Origin: Malacoraja senta
Taxonomy: Eukaryota
Assembly: GCA_038087875.1 (NCBI GenBank)
Contig: CM075989.1
Location: forward strand, 4,526,001 to 4,590,000
Direction: 5' to 3'
DNA: 64,000 bases
A program made the position numbers and the translations under genes. Of the stretch, positions 39,251-53,442 are shown piece after piece; the stretch's first letter is position 1; every line of letters begins with the position of its first letter. The notes beneath the pieces were generated by a model that did no database searches, was not told where the DNA came from, and was given only the letters and a program-made list of their open reading frames with translations.

Positions 39251-39902
39251 TGTGAGTTTTGTGAAATTTTATTTTCACCAATTAAGGCATCAGCTAAAAC
39301 ATTCTGATTGGAAATTCCATCTTCATAAGTATGTCATGACAAGCTCACTACAAAATGAATGCTATAATAAATTATGTTAAATTATTCGCCAAATCTCTCT
39401 CCATAGGTAAATTATGGTAAATGGTATAGTTTATTGATTCTTGTCTAAACAATGAATTATACAAAGTTTATAATTCTATTTGAAGGCTAATATATAATAT
39501 TAGGCATAATTATTAGACAGTATAATTCTATGTTTAAGAAGGAACTGCAGATGCTGGAAAATCGAAGGTAGACAAAAGTTGTGGAGAAACTCAGCGGGTG
39601 CGGCAGCATCTAAGGAGCGAAGGAAATCTATGGGTTGTTTGGTATTGACTCTGTAGTTTAATTTAGTTCCGTTTAGTTTATTTACTGGTGGTTATTATTG
39701 AAGCTCAGATTAAATACTGCACCCAGGGACTTTCAAGTTGTTCAGCAATGGAGTATCCTAAACAGTCAATATTTTCACCGCTTCCATACCGTATGCGAGT
39801 TCACAATAACATTTTACATTGTTCTTTTGAGCCTAGAAACAATGGTACTTTTATAAAAATTCACAGATTTATTTTATATTGATGGAAAAATTCTTCTGAA
39901 GA

Positions 39903-39936
<34 letters not shown>

Positions 39937-40237
39937 CTATTGATTGATTGAAGGATATAGCATGGAAACAGGCCCTTTGGCCCAACAGTTACACACTGAC
40001 CAGCAATCACCCTTTCACGGTAATTCTGCATGATCCCATTTATGCATCCACCTCACCCACTTCGTGCAACTTACAGAGACTCCTTGATCTACAAACCCAT
40101 GGCTTAAGGGTGTGAGAGAAAACTGGAGCACCTGGGAGAAACCGGAAGAGAACAGGGAGAACATGCAAACTCCACACTGACAGCACCTGAGGTTAGGATT
40201 GATCCCAGGTGCCAGAATCTACAGCTGTATCACTGTG
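39903..40237 (-). mobile_element. V-SINE, degenerate, with (TCAA)n tail
   Basis: (GATT)n, GGAAACAGGCCCTTTGGCCC, GGGAGAACATGCAAACTCCACAC. Confidence 0.8.
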
Positions 40238-41789
40238 TATATTTTTGTAATGCAGCATCATATATATTTTCCAGATAATAATTACACTACGCTATTCATT
40301 CAGGAAAAAAACTGCTCCTAACTTGACAAGTCCCAATGTGGGCTGACTAAAATCAAAGCCTCCAATACAGAAAACATCATACATGCATTCCATTTAAGTT
40401 GCTTTCTAAACAGGCCAAAAAATAAAATTGCAAAACATCAAATTGAAGCATTGTTGATGGGGAATAAAATATGTTTTTCAAATGAGTAATAGATGTAATA
40501 ATGTTTCTGGAGAAGTGTATCACTATATTTAAAATCTACCAATATCTAAAGGTCATTAATTTGAAACCACGGGTATCAATAGAGTTAGACATTCTCCATG
40601 ACAACTTCCAAGAGGTGGACAGAAGATTTAACCTCTTTATTTTTGCGCAGCATTAATGCAAAAGCCAATTTATATTTTGCTACTGTGAAAAATTGTGCTC
40701 CTAATTCCAGTGTTGTGTTATACTATAGGGCTGCGAAAACTGATCTTAAAATGACTGAATATCTGGCTACAACTGGATGGGAATGAGTGAAAGCTGCAGA
40801 AGGGTTGAGGAATTCAGTTCTCAATTGTGTCAATGTATCAGCGAGGAGACCAGAAGAATTATTATCATAAACACAAAGTCTAACATTTCTTACTTTGGTT
40901 ACAGACATTTTAATGCAAAGGAAGGAGCAGAAACCCAATTGATGGGGTAATCCTCTAAGTCCATGGTGAATTTCAGACTCAATTAGTTCATTTCCTGGCC
41001 AGTGAATGAGGAAGGCACAAGGAAAAACATTGGTCAGTAAAGTATCCCAACATATTTTGGAGGAATCTGGTTAGTAAGATTTGATATTAATTCACATAAT
41101 GAGTTAACAGGACATGTACACAAAAACGTTGTTAAATACATTAATTTTAAGAAGTATCCACAAGGAGGGAAAAGTGAAAATGTTAAGTTTATTAGTAATT
41201 AACCTCCAGAACTTGGATGGAGTAGGAGGGAGAAAATTGAGGATTGATGCAAATGGAAAACTGGAGAAACATCTTGCTCGGCCTGGAGTTAGTTTGTGGT
41301 TCAAAATAGAGGGTTCACTGGTGAATAGAACTTGGCACGTTAGGCTGCAAGTTGTAAAATTCAGATTAGTATATTTATTGAGAATGGAAGACAGCAGAAC
41401 AGGTGGGAGAGCATTGGACATCTATCTAGATGTAATAACAGCAATATCTTGTGAATGAAATTATTCAATGGCCTGCAAAGAGCATGGTTCCATTTCCTCC
41501 TTGGACTCTGTCTATAATTCAAGTATGAAGATTAACTACAGAGAATGATTAGTACCGAGTCTTTAAGTCGGCATTGGAAGGTAATAATTTGTAAAAATGC
41601 ACAGGGCAAACAATTGAAATTTTCTTTTTTTTATTTGAGATATGTTCAGTCAAAGGGAATTGGAAAACTTTGATGCTTTGTGGCTATGAATTTGAAACTT
41701 CTTCCTGGAATTACTGAAGGGAAGGTCAGTTTTATTAATAATATTTTACAGTGCCTACTGTAGTTTAATTTGTAATACATAGTCATGGG

Positions 41790-42185
41790 ATTCAGGGCTT
41801 TAACCTTTTCTCAAAAGACCCGAGAACAAAATTTTTGCACAGTCCGTTGATATGATACAGTGAGAATACTGAAGTGTCGGAGGGTCAGTCATTCAGCTGA
41901 GCAGATAAGATGAGGTTTCATCAGCCTTTTCAGGTGGACCAGAAATATTCTATGGCCTATTTTAAAGAAAAGCAGCGAGGCAATGGCCAATAATTAGGTG
42001 CTTAAAATTAGATTATCCCATAAATGTCCATCACACTTCCTGTTGTGGGAAGTGCAATATGCAATACTACTGTGTTTCCTGCTCAATAATCAATATACTT
42101 CATAAGTCCTTCATTAGCTGTGAAGCACTATGAGATCTTTAAAGAGCTTCCAAAGGCACCATATGAAAAAACATATATTTTTCTT
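41790..42185 (+). mobile_element. Near-complete ancient Deu-domain SINE (SacSINE1/AmnSINE1-like)
   Basis: GTGTCGGAGGG..., TCAGGTGGAC.AGAAATATTCTATGGCCTATTTTAAAGAAAAGCAG, TGGCCAATA, CTTCATTAGCTGTGAAGCAC tail, collinear with the Deu-SINE consensus as recalled. Confidence 0.65.
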
Positions 42186-42731
42186 TTAAATCATTTTTCA
42201 ATTTTAGTTATATTTTTAACTGCTTCACATTGTAGATCATTGTAAGAACAGTCTAGGACGTACAACGCAAGAATCTCAGCCTTGGATTGATGTCCACAGG
42301 ATAGATAATTGTAAAATGTATCCATCTAGAGAGAGGCAAGACCACCATGTGGAGACAGCTAATCTTTCCTATCCTTTAACTAATTGCAACTCATCTGTGC
42401 CAATTAAAAATGATCACAAGCAGATCACTTAGATTTTGAATTGTTTTGAACATATATTTCAACATAGGAGATTAATATTTGGTCTATCAAATCTATCGTG
42501 TGGCTCTTCTGCCAATTTTACCTTGCTGTTCCTTTTCTTGTTTTCCAAACACCTCAGGCTGTGGTAATCCTTGTGTACTTCTGTCTATTAGCTTTGAAAA
42601 CTCTAGTTTTAGATCATCTGAACCATGGTTACATTCATTTGAAACATGGAAATGAACCATTTGATGGAGCTTAAACTCGACATGAACTCTTACATGCATT
42701 ACTTCATCCAAATCTATTCACATATCGTATA

Positions 42732-42902
42732 TGTTTAAGAAGGAACTGCAGATGCTTGTTTACACCAAAGATAGATACAAAATGAAAGTTGTTTAAACTG
42801 ACTTAAAAATGTGAATTGCCTGTATAATATGCATATATCAAATAAACATCAGACAGCATCTCTGGATGGGTAACATTTTGGGTCGATACCATTCTTCAGA
42901 CC
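42732..42902 (-). mobile_element. PLE 3'-end arm carrying a locally templated insertion
   Basis: Arm sequence interrupted at 42784-42846. Confidence 0.75.
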
Positions 42903-44203
42903 TCACACATATTTGATTTACTTGTTTAATCTTTATGCACTCTGCAATGGTACAAAGACTCATTTTTGCATTATTGCTAAAACAAATACAAAGTGTGATT
43001 CCAACCCCCCTCCCCCGAATCCCAATGAAATTTAATAGGCAGTCTCCAGATTTCAGAAGTTATGAAATTATGCATTGGTTCATTTGTTGAATATTTTTGC
43101 CTCTATGATTTTGCAAACTGGAAACATAAATTAATGAACTTACCTATCCCATTTGCAAAGTTACCGCATGTAACTTTCTTCCTCCAATATTGAAGTAACT
43201 ATCTAAGGTGCACATTTCAAGACGGTACTTTTTTTCTATTGAGTTCACATTTGGAAATTTTGTTAATGTCCTCGAGCTGTAGGGCTAATATATATTGGCG
43301 CCAATTCACATTTCGCCAAGCCTTTTTTTCAATGAAAAATTTGTCTTTTTCGAAGCAAGCCATTTAATTTCAAAAATGAGATTTCTGATAATTAAAACCA
43401 ATTATATTAAGGAAATGCCCCCTCTATTATAATTTCCAATGTATAATATGCATTTATCAAATAAATTAAGTCAGTTTAAACAACTTTCAGAAGTTAATAG
43501 GATAACAAAACCATATGTGTATTCTTAAAGGTAAAGGCAAGCCATAAAAATGATATGTATATCTCTGAAAGTGGCATTGCAAAATAACAATCTATATGCG
43601 CCAGTATTTTTGTTATCCTGGTGCATATTTTCACAGCAGGCTGGGTTTAATCTATTTAGCTAATCTGATTTTAAGTTTATGTGTTTGAGTCATCCTTTTG
43701 GATGTAGAGATTGTTCGAATACATCATATTTTAATCACCCATTGTAATTTGGTCTGACATTTTCGAGCATCAGTCGCAGAATGACTTTCTACAGGATCAA
43801 TTTGCAGATGTCAGCACGAGGGGCACAGGATCCAGATTTGGACTCAGAGACCATAACAAAAAACAAAAAGGAAGTCAGAATTCGGGACCTTATGCTGCCT
43901 GGCTGTCGTGATCACCCATCTTCTCGCCATATTAGGAGTCATTCACAAAACAGTGGAAATCCCACAGGCTAATAATCTCCTGGAAGATATATTCATGTGC
44001 GACAAAAAAAAGTGAATTGGTATTAATACATTGGTCCAAGCAGCTTGAGTTCATCGCTTCATTGTGTAGTGCCCAGATGTTAATACCATTAACGGAAGTT
44101 TGGTGAAGCCTTAATGTTAATCATATAATAATTTAATTTAAGGAATAAATTTAGACACTAAGGTGGAAAAATAGGGCCAACTGTTTCACACCCATTAAGT
44201 ATA

Positions 44204-44236
<33 letters not shown>

Positions 44237-44519
44237 ATCCCTACACTCAAATACCAGTGGATCGTTTTGTAGTTGACTTCGCAGTAATAGCTAGAATCCT
44301 TACACACTGATTCACGGACACCGAAAATAAATCACTTGCTTTTGTGAAGCTGACAAAACGTTCTAATATCTGTTTATTATGAATTGGACAACGAGGTAAA
44401 CGAAAAGAGAAGGCGCTTAGTTTACAGATCTGGCTGTATAGAGATGTTTTTTTCGGGGGGGGGGGGCTGGAGAAACAGATGTGTGTACAATTGATTGTAA
44501 ATGGTTATAGAAAAGGCAA

Positions 44520-44935
44520 TTTGCTTGGAAGAAAATGGGCCTAAGTGCCTAGAAAAAAGGAGAATGTGCTGATCTAAAGGCAGCATTGTGGGGAGCGCTA
44601 TTGAGTTACTGTACACAGTACTCAAATGTAATCAGGCTAGCAGGTGCATTAGCTCTACCACAATGAGTGCAGGCATTGACAGTTAATGGAGCTCCCTCTG
44701 CACACACGCACAACGACTCTCTGGCCGGGGGTGTGGCAAGCAAGGCGACAAATACAACCTCAACAACTACGCTCTTTAAACGCTTTTAAATACATTTGCA
44801 GCGGTAGGAATGAGAATGCAATTAAAGCTCCCATGCATCAGATAAGTCCGAGGAAATGTTCAAAGTGTTTGGATTATTGAGTGATTTTTGCACTGCCTTT
44901 GGTGTTGTTGTGAATTGCCCTGTTCCTTCTCACAG
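44520..44935. promoter_or_regulatory. CNE/enhancer-like unique block
   Basis: Non-repeat; CATTGT/ACAATG (Sox), TGACAG (Meis), CAGGTG, TAAT and TTCAAAG motifs. Function inferred. Confidence 0.35.
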
Positions 44936-45120
44936 CTTAGATCCCCCCTCCCCCCCCCCCTCCCCAACTATGGGAACTATATTTTCCTCAACGTGCTTTC
45001 ACCATATTGCATGCCCCTTAACCCGTTAGGCGCCGAGGCGGTGGTTTCTTGCAGTTGAATAGAAACAAAGGGCTCAAGACCTCCAGTAAAACGAACAAGT
45101 GATTCTGGACTAGACAATAG

Positions 45121-45271
45121 TCCAGAAGGGACTGAAGAAGTCTGAAGAAGGGTCTCGACCCGAAACGTCACCCATTCCTTCTCTCCAGAGATGCTGCCTG
45201 TCTCGCTGAGTTACTCCAGCATTTTGTGTCTATCTTCGGTGTAAACCTGCATCTGCACCTCCTTCCTAAAC
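45121..45271 (+). mobile_element. PLE 3'-end element with 12-bp TSD
   Basis: ACTAGACAATAG at 45109-45120 and 45272-45283. Confidence 0.9.
45142..45169 (+). ncRNA. Minimal type-I hammerhead ribozyme motif (PLE-type), representative copy
   Basis: CTGAAGA-A-GGGTC-TC-GACCC-GAAA-C-GTC: CUGANGA and GAAA boxes, stem II, GUC triplet; stem I only ~2 bp (GT/AC). Confidence 0.7.
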
Positions 45272-47015
45272 ACTAGACAATAGCATGAACAGTATCATCA
45301 GCTCGCAGCCCAACGTATCATTCAACTCGCGTGAAATCTTAACCTTGAAATTAACTCTTTAATTTACTTTAGTCATTGCCCATTATCAGGGTGTTCGTTT
45401 TATAATTTAAATATATACATTTTACCTCAGCTGATCAGTATCCTGCCTAATAAATACTGATCACCACTGCCTCTTGTTATTTCCTACAAAATGGACGGTA
45501 AGCATCGGGGTAAGTTACACCTGCCACCCTCCTCTTTGTGGCTGTGGGCCAACTTGAACAGTGTAGGTTTAGAGTATGCCTTCTGAATAGCCCCACTTAT
45601 TACACTTAAAAATGCATCGCTCTATATTCTTAATTACATTTGGGACTTGCAAGCAGAAGCATAAACCATTCAAATTTTAATAACCACACGAGTTATCAAT
45701 AATAGGCGCCAAGACCGAAAGGAATTGGTAAGTCTTTACCGTTTCGGGGAGGTTGCGTCGTGTGATCATTTCAAAATATTTCGTTACTCTATTCTCCACT
45801 TCTTTAAAGTTATTGCCCCAGATATTCGGACGAAGGTATGGCAATGAAAGCCTTCAAAGTGTATTTGCAAGAGGGGCCAGGTGGAGTCACCTGGGGTCAG
45901 ATGTCATTGACCGTTTCTGTCCATTGGGCTCGGCCTCGATGTACCTGGAATGCTGAAGGTTTACGAATGGAGAATGTCCAGGCTACACTGGAAACGCATG
46001 GCCCATTGTTCTGATGCTTCATTATCTGGATACAGTATTGAAGAAACTGGAAATATCGATACAGTCGGGTGGGACTTCCAAAATTGGTAAATACAAATCA
46101 CAGAATGGAACTTAAAACAATTAGATGAAAATAGATTATGCATTTTGCAAACCATGCATATATGATGAGATTTGGTTTAGTTATGTTTAGCGTCGTGTGT
46201 ACCGAGGTACAGTGAAAAGCTTTTTGATGTGCGCTGGCCAGTCAGCGGAAAGACGAGACATGATTACGATCGCCCAGTGTACAGATACAGGATAAAGGGA
46301 ATGACGTAAAGTGCAAGATAAAGTCCAGAGATGTTATCTCTTCTTACCATTAATGCCGAAAGCACTAGATTCATATATAATTATATTAGATCATCGTTAA
46401 TAGATATAAATTAAAGCTGAAATGGCAGAAGAAACCAGCAGCAACGAAAAGCATTGTTGTTTAGGACTGAATATTCGTGTTGCTACTTTCTCGACAATCC
46501 TAATTTCCCTTTGGCAGTAAAATGAGTTCCAAACAACTTCAAATTATAAGCAAGAAACTGAACTAACGTTGAAAATTGAAAATAATTGTTGGCTTTTTTG
46601 ACATTGATAGATTCGTGAATCATTTAAAAAGCTGCAATATTTTATTTTAGGTAAAATAATCGTCATCTGCTAACCTGTAGCAAGGAAACTAAAAGGCGAA
46701 TGTGATTAAAAGCAGCCCACCGAACACCTTTTGACCATTAAGATGTGCCCATTAACATGAGTTCCCAATGGGTTTTATTGAGGACCATTTATTTCCAACC
46801 AAATCAAACGTTACACAATGCCATTTGGCTTAAGAAGGCTTCAGATTGCTCCACAGTTAGAATATCTCCCCCTTTCACCATTCCCCACTCCCACACCATC
46901 TTAACACCCCTATCACTCACCCCACCAACCCGCATTCACATACACAAACATACACACGCATTTCAAATAGAGGCAGAACACCACATCAGAACATCCACAT
47001 CAGAACAATTTGAAG

Positions 47016-47207
47016 GAAGGAACTGCAGATGCTGGTATACACCGAAGATAGACCTAAGTGCTGGAGTAACTCAGCGGGGCAGGCAGCATCTCTGGAGAGA
47101 AGGAATGGGTCTGAAGAAGGGTCTCGACCAGGAAAATTAACCTATTCCTTCTCCCCAGAAATGCTGCCTGTCCGGCTGAGTTACTCCAGCATTTTGTGTC
47201 TATCCTA
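47016..47207. mobile_element. Fold-back PLE 3'-end element with 9-bp TSD
   Basis: Inverted arms; AATTTGAAG at 47007-47015 and 47208-47216. Confidence 0.8.
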
Positions 47208-49079
47208 AATTTGAAGACCAGCCCACCGAACTGAAGTTGACGATAGACACAAAAAGCTGGAGTAATTCAGCGGGTCAACTAACATCTCTGGAGAAAAAGA
47301 ATAGGCGACGTTTCGGGTCGAAGACGCTTCTTAAAGTTGAATGTCTCCCTCGAGATCTACGTGCAATTTTTTCATTGAAATATACTGGGGGATATCAGGA
47401 CCAATCAGATTGCCTCGTTGGACTTGATAGGTTTAATGCCTCGCTGTATCTTAACACGAAGCACAATGCGATTTGAAGCTGAAAATCATATCATCAATTA
47501 ACAGGATATTACTGTTGTCAATAATCCTCAAAAACCACATGGGCCGGATCCAAGAGTTGGGAGGTGTGGATCGGTTAACCAACTCTCTCTCCCTCATTGT
47601 ATAATTCCACACAAAGACCAGAAATAGTTCATTCCCCGGATGACTGGGTGATGAATGAGCGTTTAAAATCAATGCGTAGTTAATTTCAAAGCATATTGGA
47701 AATATTTATCGATTTATATTTTTTTGAAAAAGGTGGAGATGTTACCCCGCCGATTATATTGGCAACTATGTGGGGTTATTTTTTTTACACACACATACAC
47801 ACACTTGTTTTCTGAATCTAGCGGCTCAGCTTCCGCAGCGCCATCTTACTAACGTCGGTAAATATTCCGGTCACGTAAATATTCCAAGAAGGCGAATCTC
47901 CAAGAATGTGATTAATATTAAAGTAACGAAGGAATAGGGGAAGGAAGCAAAAATGCAAGCCCTGCCAGACACTTGCACGAAATCGACCTGGGCATCAGTT
48001 ACGATGGAATTTACCGACCTTTGGTCTGTTTTGGAGGTTGGGCTATGATTGCGGTATTATCGCTCGGTGAACTCACGTGGTAGCATATCGTACTGCATTA
48101 TCTGGGTAAAATTACATCTAACAATGGAGTGTGTGCTGCTTAAAAATACCAAACAGCGTTGAGCGACACTTTTCACTCATATATTTATTCCGTTGCGCAA
48201 GCGTTTGGGCACCCCGTTTCAATCTGGTAGATTCGCATTGGGAAATTGGAGTTGAAAACTGCACCGTAATACTAAAATGGCCGGCTCTAAATTAATCACT
48301 TCTCGCCGTCTGCCCCTCGGGTCGAAGATATCTCAATGGCGACGCGGCATCATATTCCTCCCGCCTGACTTTGGGCAGAAATGAGTGGACCAGACCCCAT
48401 CCAACCAATCCGACAGATTCACTGGACAGCGCTACAAAGGGTATCTCACATCAAGCTCAGTCATTCGTCCAGTTACCTCTAGGTTCCTGGAGCTTCAATG
48501 CATTTTTAGAGTCCACCCCTCACTTATGATAGTCTTAGTTGAGAATTCCTTCCAACAGCTTAATCTGGATAGATCATAGAACGGTACAGCACAAGAAGCC
48601 CTTCAGCTCACAATGTCTCTGCCGAACATGATGCTAAGGCCATCATTTATCTTCCATCCATCTATCTGTCCGTAGCTTAAATAGCTGCACCTAACCCATA
48701 TCCTTCAATTCACTCGTAGCTTTGATTCATTCTCACCCCCCTCTCCCTCCATTCCATTCACTCACAACCCATACCCCGCTTCCTCGCTCATGTTACGGCA
48801 TCTCTCCAATCCCTTCATGCAGAAAGCGATGCCAAAAAAAATCGCAAAACATGCGGTATCAATACATTGGAGACACAAGAGACAGCAGATGCTGGAATTT
48901 TCAGCGAAAAAAAAAGTTAAATGTTGGAGGAACTCAGCAGGTCAGGCAGCATCTTTGGAGGGAAATGAACAAACTATGTTTCGGGTCGAGCCCCTTCTTC
49001 CGTTCCTCCAGCAGTTTGGTCTTTTTTTGTGCTTATCGTCAACATATTGCAGTGTGTTAGTGTCTAACTAAGAAGCGCA

Positions 49080-49600
49080 AGGTGAATTGAAATCATTTGC
49101 TTCTAGTGAGATAGCAATTAATTTCAAATATTCGTATTGCGAATTTGTAATTCTCTGGATCCTGAACAAATTTACTGCGCACGGGTTCTTCTGCCCAAAT
49201 GTGCCCCGCTTCTCCTCGACCTAAGCAAGTGCAAAAGGCCGGCATTAGGCTTGGCCCGTGAACCATCTGATGGGCAGGGTGTGGGGCGGGCTGACCCCTT
49301 TATTGTGTACGACACACCATAAATGAACACAAAATAAACCCAAAGGCTTTCAACCTATTTCCGGAGAACTAAGCCCTCTAACACCCCTGACATGTAAAGC
49401 TGTCGGTAGGATAACTCCATTCAGTAACCGTGACCTTTAGAAAAAACACGAGCTGTGTCGGACCCCTAGCCCGAATTTAATCTCTGTCCATTGCTATATA
49501 ACTAATTGATCTGTTGACCGAGTGAAAGGCGAAATTCAAACGGCGGAGCAGCCCTGGGTTTGAATCACTAGCTGATTGGTGCAGTTCCTATGTAAAACAT
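49080..49600. promoter_or_regulatory. CNE/enhancer-like unique block
   Basis: Non-repeat, CpG-retaining; GGGGCGGG, CCATAAA/TTTATTG, TAATTG and CTGATTGG motifs. Function inferred. Confidence 0.35.
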
Positions 49601-51808
49601 CTCATGTTTTTTAAATTTATATGTAACTCTAGTTTTTAAAACCATGACAACCTCAACAAAGCCCTGCACTTTATAGGAGGAAACTAATCATATTATTCAC
49701 TTTATTACTAAATGTCTAAATAAAATGCGTGTAGTTTCCACCAAATTGATCGTGTGAAATATTGGATGCATCTTTCAGGTATAATCGCACTCGGTTCAAA
49801 TTTTACATTACAAAGTATCAGATTTGTAATGACTCGATGGGATTTTTCCGTTTAAGATAAATGATTATTAATCTGCAGATAAATAGAGAAATGGCAACAG
49901 TTTCAAAATAGTTAATATTATTTTAAATCGCGGGTCAGTGGAATATGGTAAAGTTGTGTTAAATAAACTTAAACATCACCCTCTTCCCCACATTGTATAT
50001 TGTGATTTGTCTATAGACTAATTTGGATAACCTTGCACTGGGTCCATTGGAAAACCCTGCAGAGTTAATAGTAATCGATTAAACGGATTATCGTTCGATT
50101 CAGCAATGGCACTGATGATAAAGACCTGTGTTCGGGGTGAGGGGACGGCTGGCGGAGATGACTTTGGTCCAGAAGGTTAGTAATTCAGTTCAGGCATTGT
50201 GTCAGAAGCAACCTCATTGTGCAACCAGCTAATAGTCCCAGCTCAGGAGGGCTGTGCCGGGTCAAACGGTGTCACTACCCAGATAGCAAGCGCCAGTGAC
50301 CTCTGATTTATGCAAAGATCGTGCAAGCCTTCCCTTCCCTCTCCAATAATAGCGAGCACTAACATTCCACAACATAGGCATTCCAGTTCGACTTCACCAT
50401 ACCCCCCCCCCCCCACACACACACACACACACACTGAGCGGCAGTTTAAAAAGTAAGTCGCCACAGCGACTCACAGGCACACACAGACCTTACCTTATCT
50501 TCAAGATCTAAAGACAATTCCTTCATGGCTTCGCTTTCATCCCATTGTCAAAGTTGTTCAAAGTTTAAAGACTTCGAGTTTTCCACTGATACTGAATAGT
50601 TACAAACTCCCCCACCCCCAGCCCCAGCGTTCATTTAAAAAAGTAAACATCCCGGCACGGTGTTGCTACCATGTGTTGCATCTTCCCCTCGTGACTCGAT
50701 ACCAATCAAGGCTGAAACGGGAGCGCACGTATGATTATGGTAGAAATTTCGACAAGAGGATATAATTTGAGTCCCAAAACCGCAACAGTGCGGTTTAAGT
50801 TTGATGCAGGGGTTCCCAGGCAGTTCCAAGTACAGGAGAGGAAGAAAGAGCAATTGTTGCGGCGGACAAAAGGCCCGAGACGGGGGAGAACAGAGCTCTC
50901 AATAAAGCCCGTGAACTTGCACTTGAACTTGGCTAGCTCATTCCGATTTATACTCGCCATCATTTTACCCCAAAAAAGAATACACCGAACACCTTAGAAT
51001 CGTCCCTTCACCACGCACCTGACCAACTGAAGCGTTCGGATCGAAATATTATTGAAAGTGAGCAGATTTATATTGATCCCGGATTAATGACAACGACAAG
51101 AATGAGATGTACTAACCACAAATGTTCATTTTATTTGTGCTTACGTAACTAGATCTCAAAAAAGCATTGACATAAATTTTGGAATATGTCGGAATAATTT
51201 GTCCGAAGTGAAATTCGCGACTAAAATCCTCCACGTAATGAACCGTATGTGCAATCTAACAAGATTTAACATCGGTTAATAGTCAGAAACAGCGGAGTTC
51301 TGGCAAGAACCGGCACAATCACGACGGCCCGAATAGTTTCTATGAGGTGTGAAGAATCTTACATAAATATTATATTCGTAATACATACCAACCCAAGCCA
51401 GAACTGAAAACAAAGTGACATATTTTAAAAGATGCTGTAATAAGAATAAGACTACACTCTTGATCCTAGCAGACTGACACCATATAACCTTTATTCAAAT
51501 ACGTACTTGTCTGTTCAAACTTAACAAGCGTGGCAGACACAAGTGCAAATAGTCTCCGCCCGCCACGTTTCAGTTTGTCAGCGCCGGTGTAAAGTTACCT
51601 CTAAATGTACATGACCAAGTTCCCAATTCGCCTAAATGATAAGAGTGGTTTTAACATTTAGCGCCTATCATGGATTTCTCGCAGAACAAGAATCCTTACA
51701 ACTTTTTGGAGTTTGGAAACACAACGTCAGATGTTTTATGAAGTGCCTGAATCTTTAAAGGAGGGTGGCGATTTTTCTTTCAGTCGGTTGGTTCATTGAT
51801 AGTCCGGA

Positions 51809-52317
<509 letters not shown>

Positions 52318-52329
52318 TAATGGGATTCC

Positions 52330-52640
52330 AGGCACGTTTCTCGTCTCCTCCTACCATTCTATAGTTAATTAAACAGTTAATGGCAGCTGCCGATGAGGTC
52401 ATTTCATGCAGTTTCATGCAAATCTGGTAAATTCAAAACAAATTTAAATAAAAAGCTCTTTGTAGTCTGCTGTTTCTTGTTGTTTTTCAAAAGCCCCAAG
52501 TGCATTACTTGGAAAAACTTTCCAGCCTCCAAAGAAAAATTCAGACCTAAAAGGACCGATTTCCATTTTTCCCACAATAAGTGTATGTCTGCCTGATATT
52601 TAAATTCGCCGACCCCGAGATACATTCAGCATGAGCAAGA
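52330..52640. promoter_or_regulatory. CNE/enhancer-like unique block with octamer
   Basis: TTAATTAA, CAGCTG, AGGTCA, ATGCAAAT and CAAGTG within ~200 bp. Function inferred. Confidence 0.35.
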
Positions 52641-52909
52641 GAAGTTAACTGGAGTGAGTTGACTGAATGGATATTGGAATAAATAAAAAGTTAGAGTTAA
52701 TCGCAATTTAGTTGCATATCTCTTTAACCCAAAGCAATGAGGAAACGGAAGTTTGATTGAAAGGGAAGTCACAAAGTGTTGGAGTAAAACAGGGTCAGAC
52801 TAGAGAAAAGGGATGGGTGACGTTTCGGGTCGTGCAAGGGTTTGAATGATGACGGCAGTTCGGCCCTAACGCCCATGCGGCGAACGTATATTCCAAATGT
52901 TCAGTCTTT

Positions 52910-53442
52910 AACTTCAGGCAGCCCTTGCATCCTCTCTCTCCCCGACCCCCCCCCACCCCCTAGTCGTCGTACTAGTTTCCTTGTGTAGGAAGGAACTGCA
53001 GATGCTGGTTTATACCGAAGATAGACACAAAATGCTGGAGTAACTCAGCGGGACAGGCAGCATCTCTGGATAGAAGAAATGGGTGACGTTTCAGGTCGAG
53101 ATCCTTCTTCAGACTGTTTCACTGTCGTCCTTGCTGAGTTTCACTCGTTGTCACCTTTCCCACAGCCAACATTGGACCATTGTGGGCTCCACCTTTCCCT
53201 GATCGTCGTTGCTGGCTTTGATCTGTCTTTTTGCATATCTTTCATTCATTTGTTCTAGGTACCCTTCCATACCTCTAGTTTTTCTCTCCTCTGACTCTCA
53301 GTCAGAAGAAGGGTCTCGACTCTAAAACGTCATCAATTCGTTTTTTAACAGAGATGCTGCCTGACCCGCTGAGTCACTATAGCATTTTAGTGTCTATCTT
53401 CGGTGTAAACCACCAGCATCTATCTGCAGTTTCCGTCATACA
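52910..53442. mobile_element. PLE 3' fragment (+) with a second arm (-, ~52983-53115) nested in it
   Basis: AGTTTCC|TTGTGTAGGAAGGAACTGCAG...CTTCAGACT|GTTTCACTGTCG. Confidence 0.75.

Noticed and set aside
41104..41458. Overlapping 105/114-aa ORFs; possible very old LINE remnant (SKFWRL)
   Set aside because: No diagnostic motif or splice support; too weak to call
45959..46090. Open 43-codon stretch ending in G|GTAAAT (possible exon)
   Set aside because: No polypyrimidine acceptor and the peptide is not recognisable
50911..50930. Retinoic-acid response element
   Set aside because: The perfect half-sites are 6 bp apart, not DR1, DR2 or DR5
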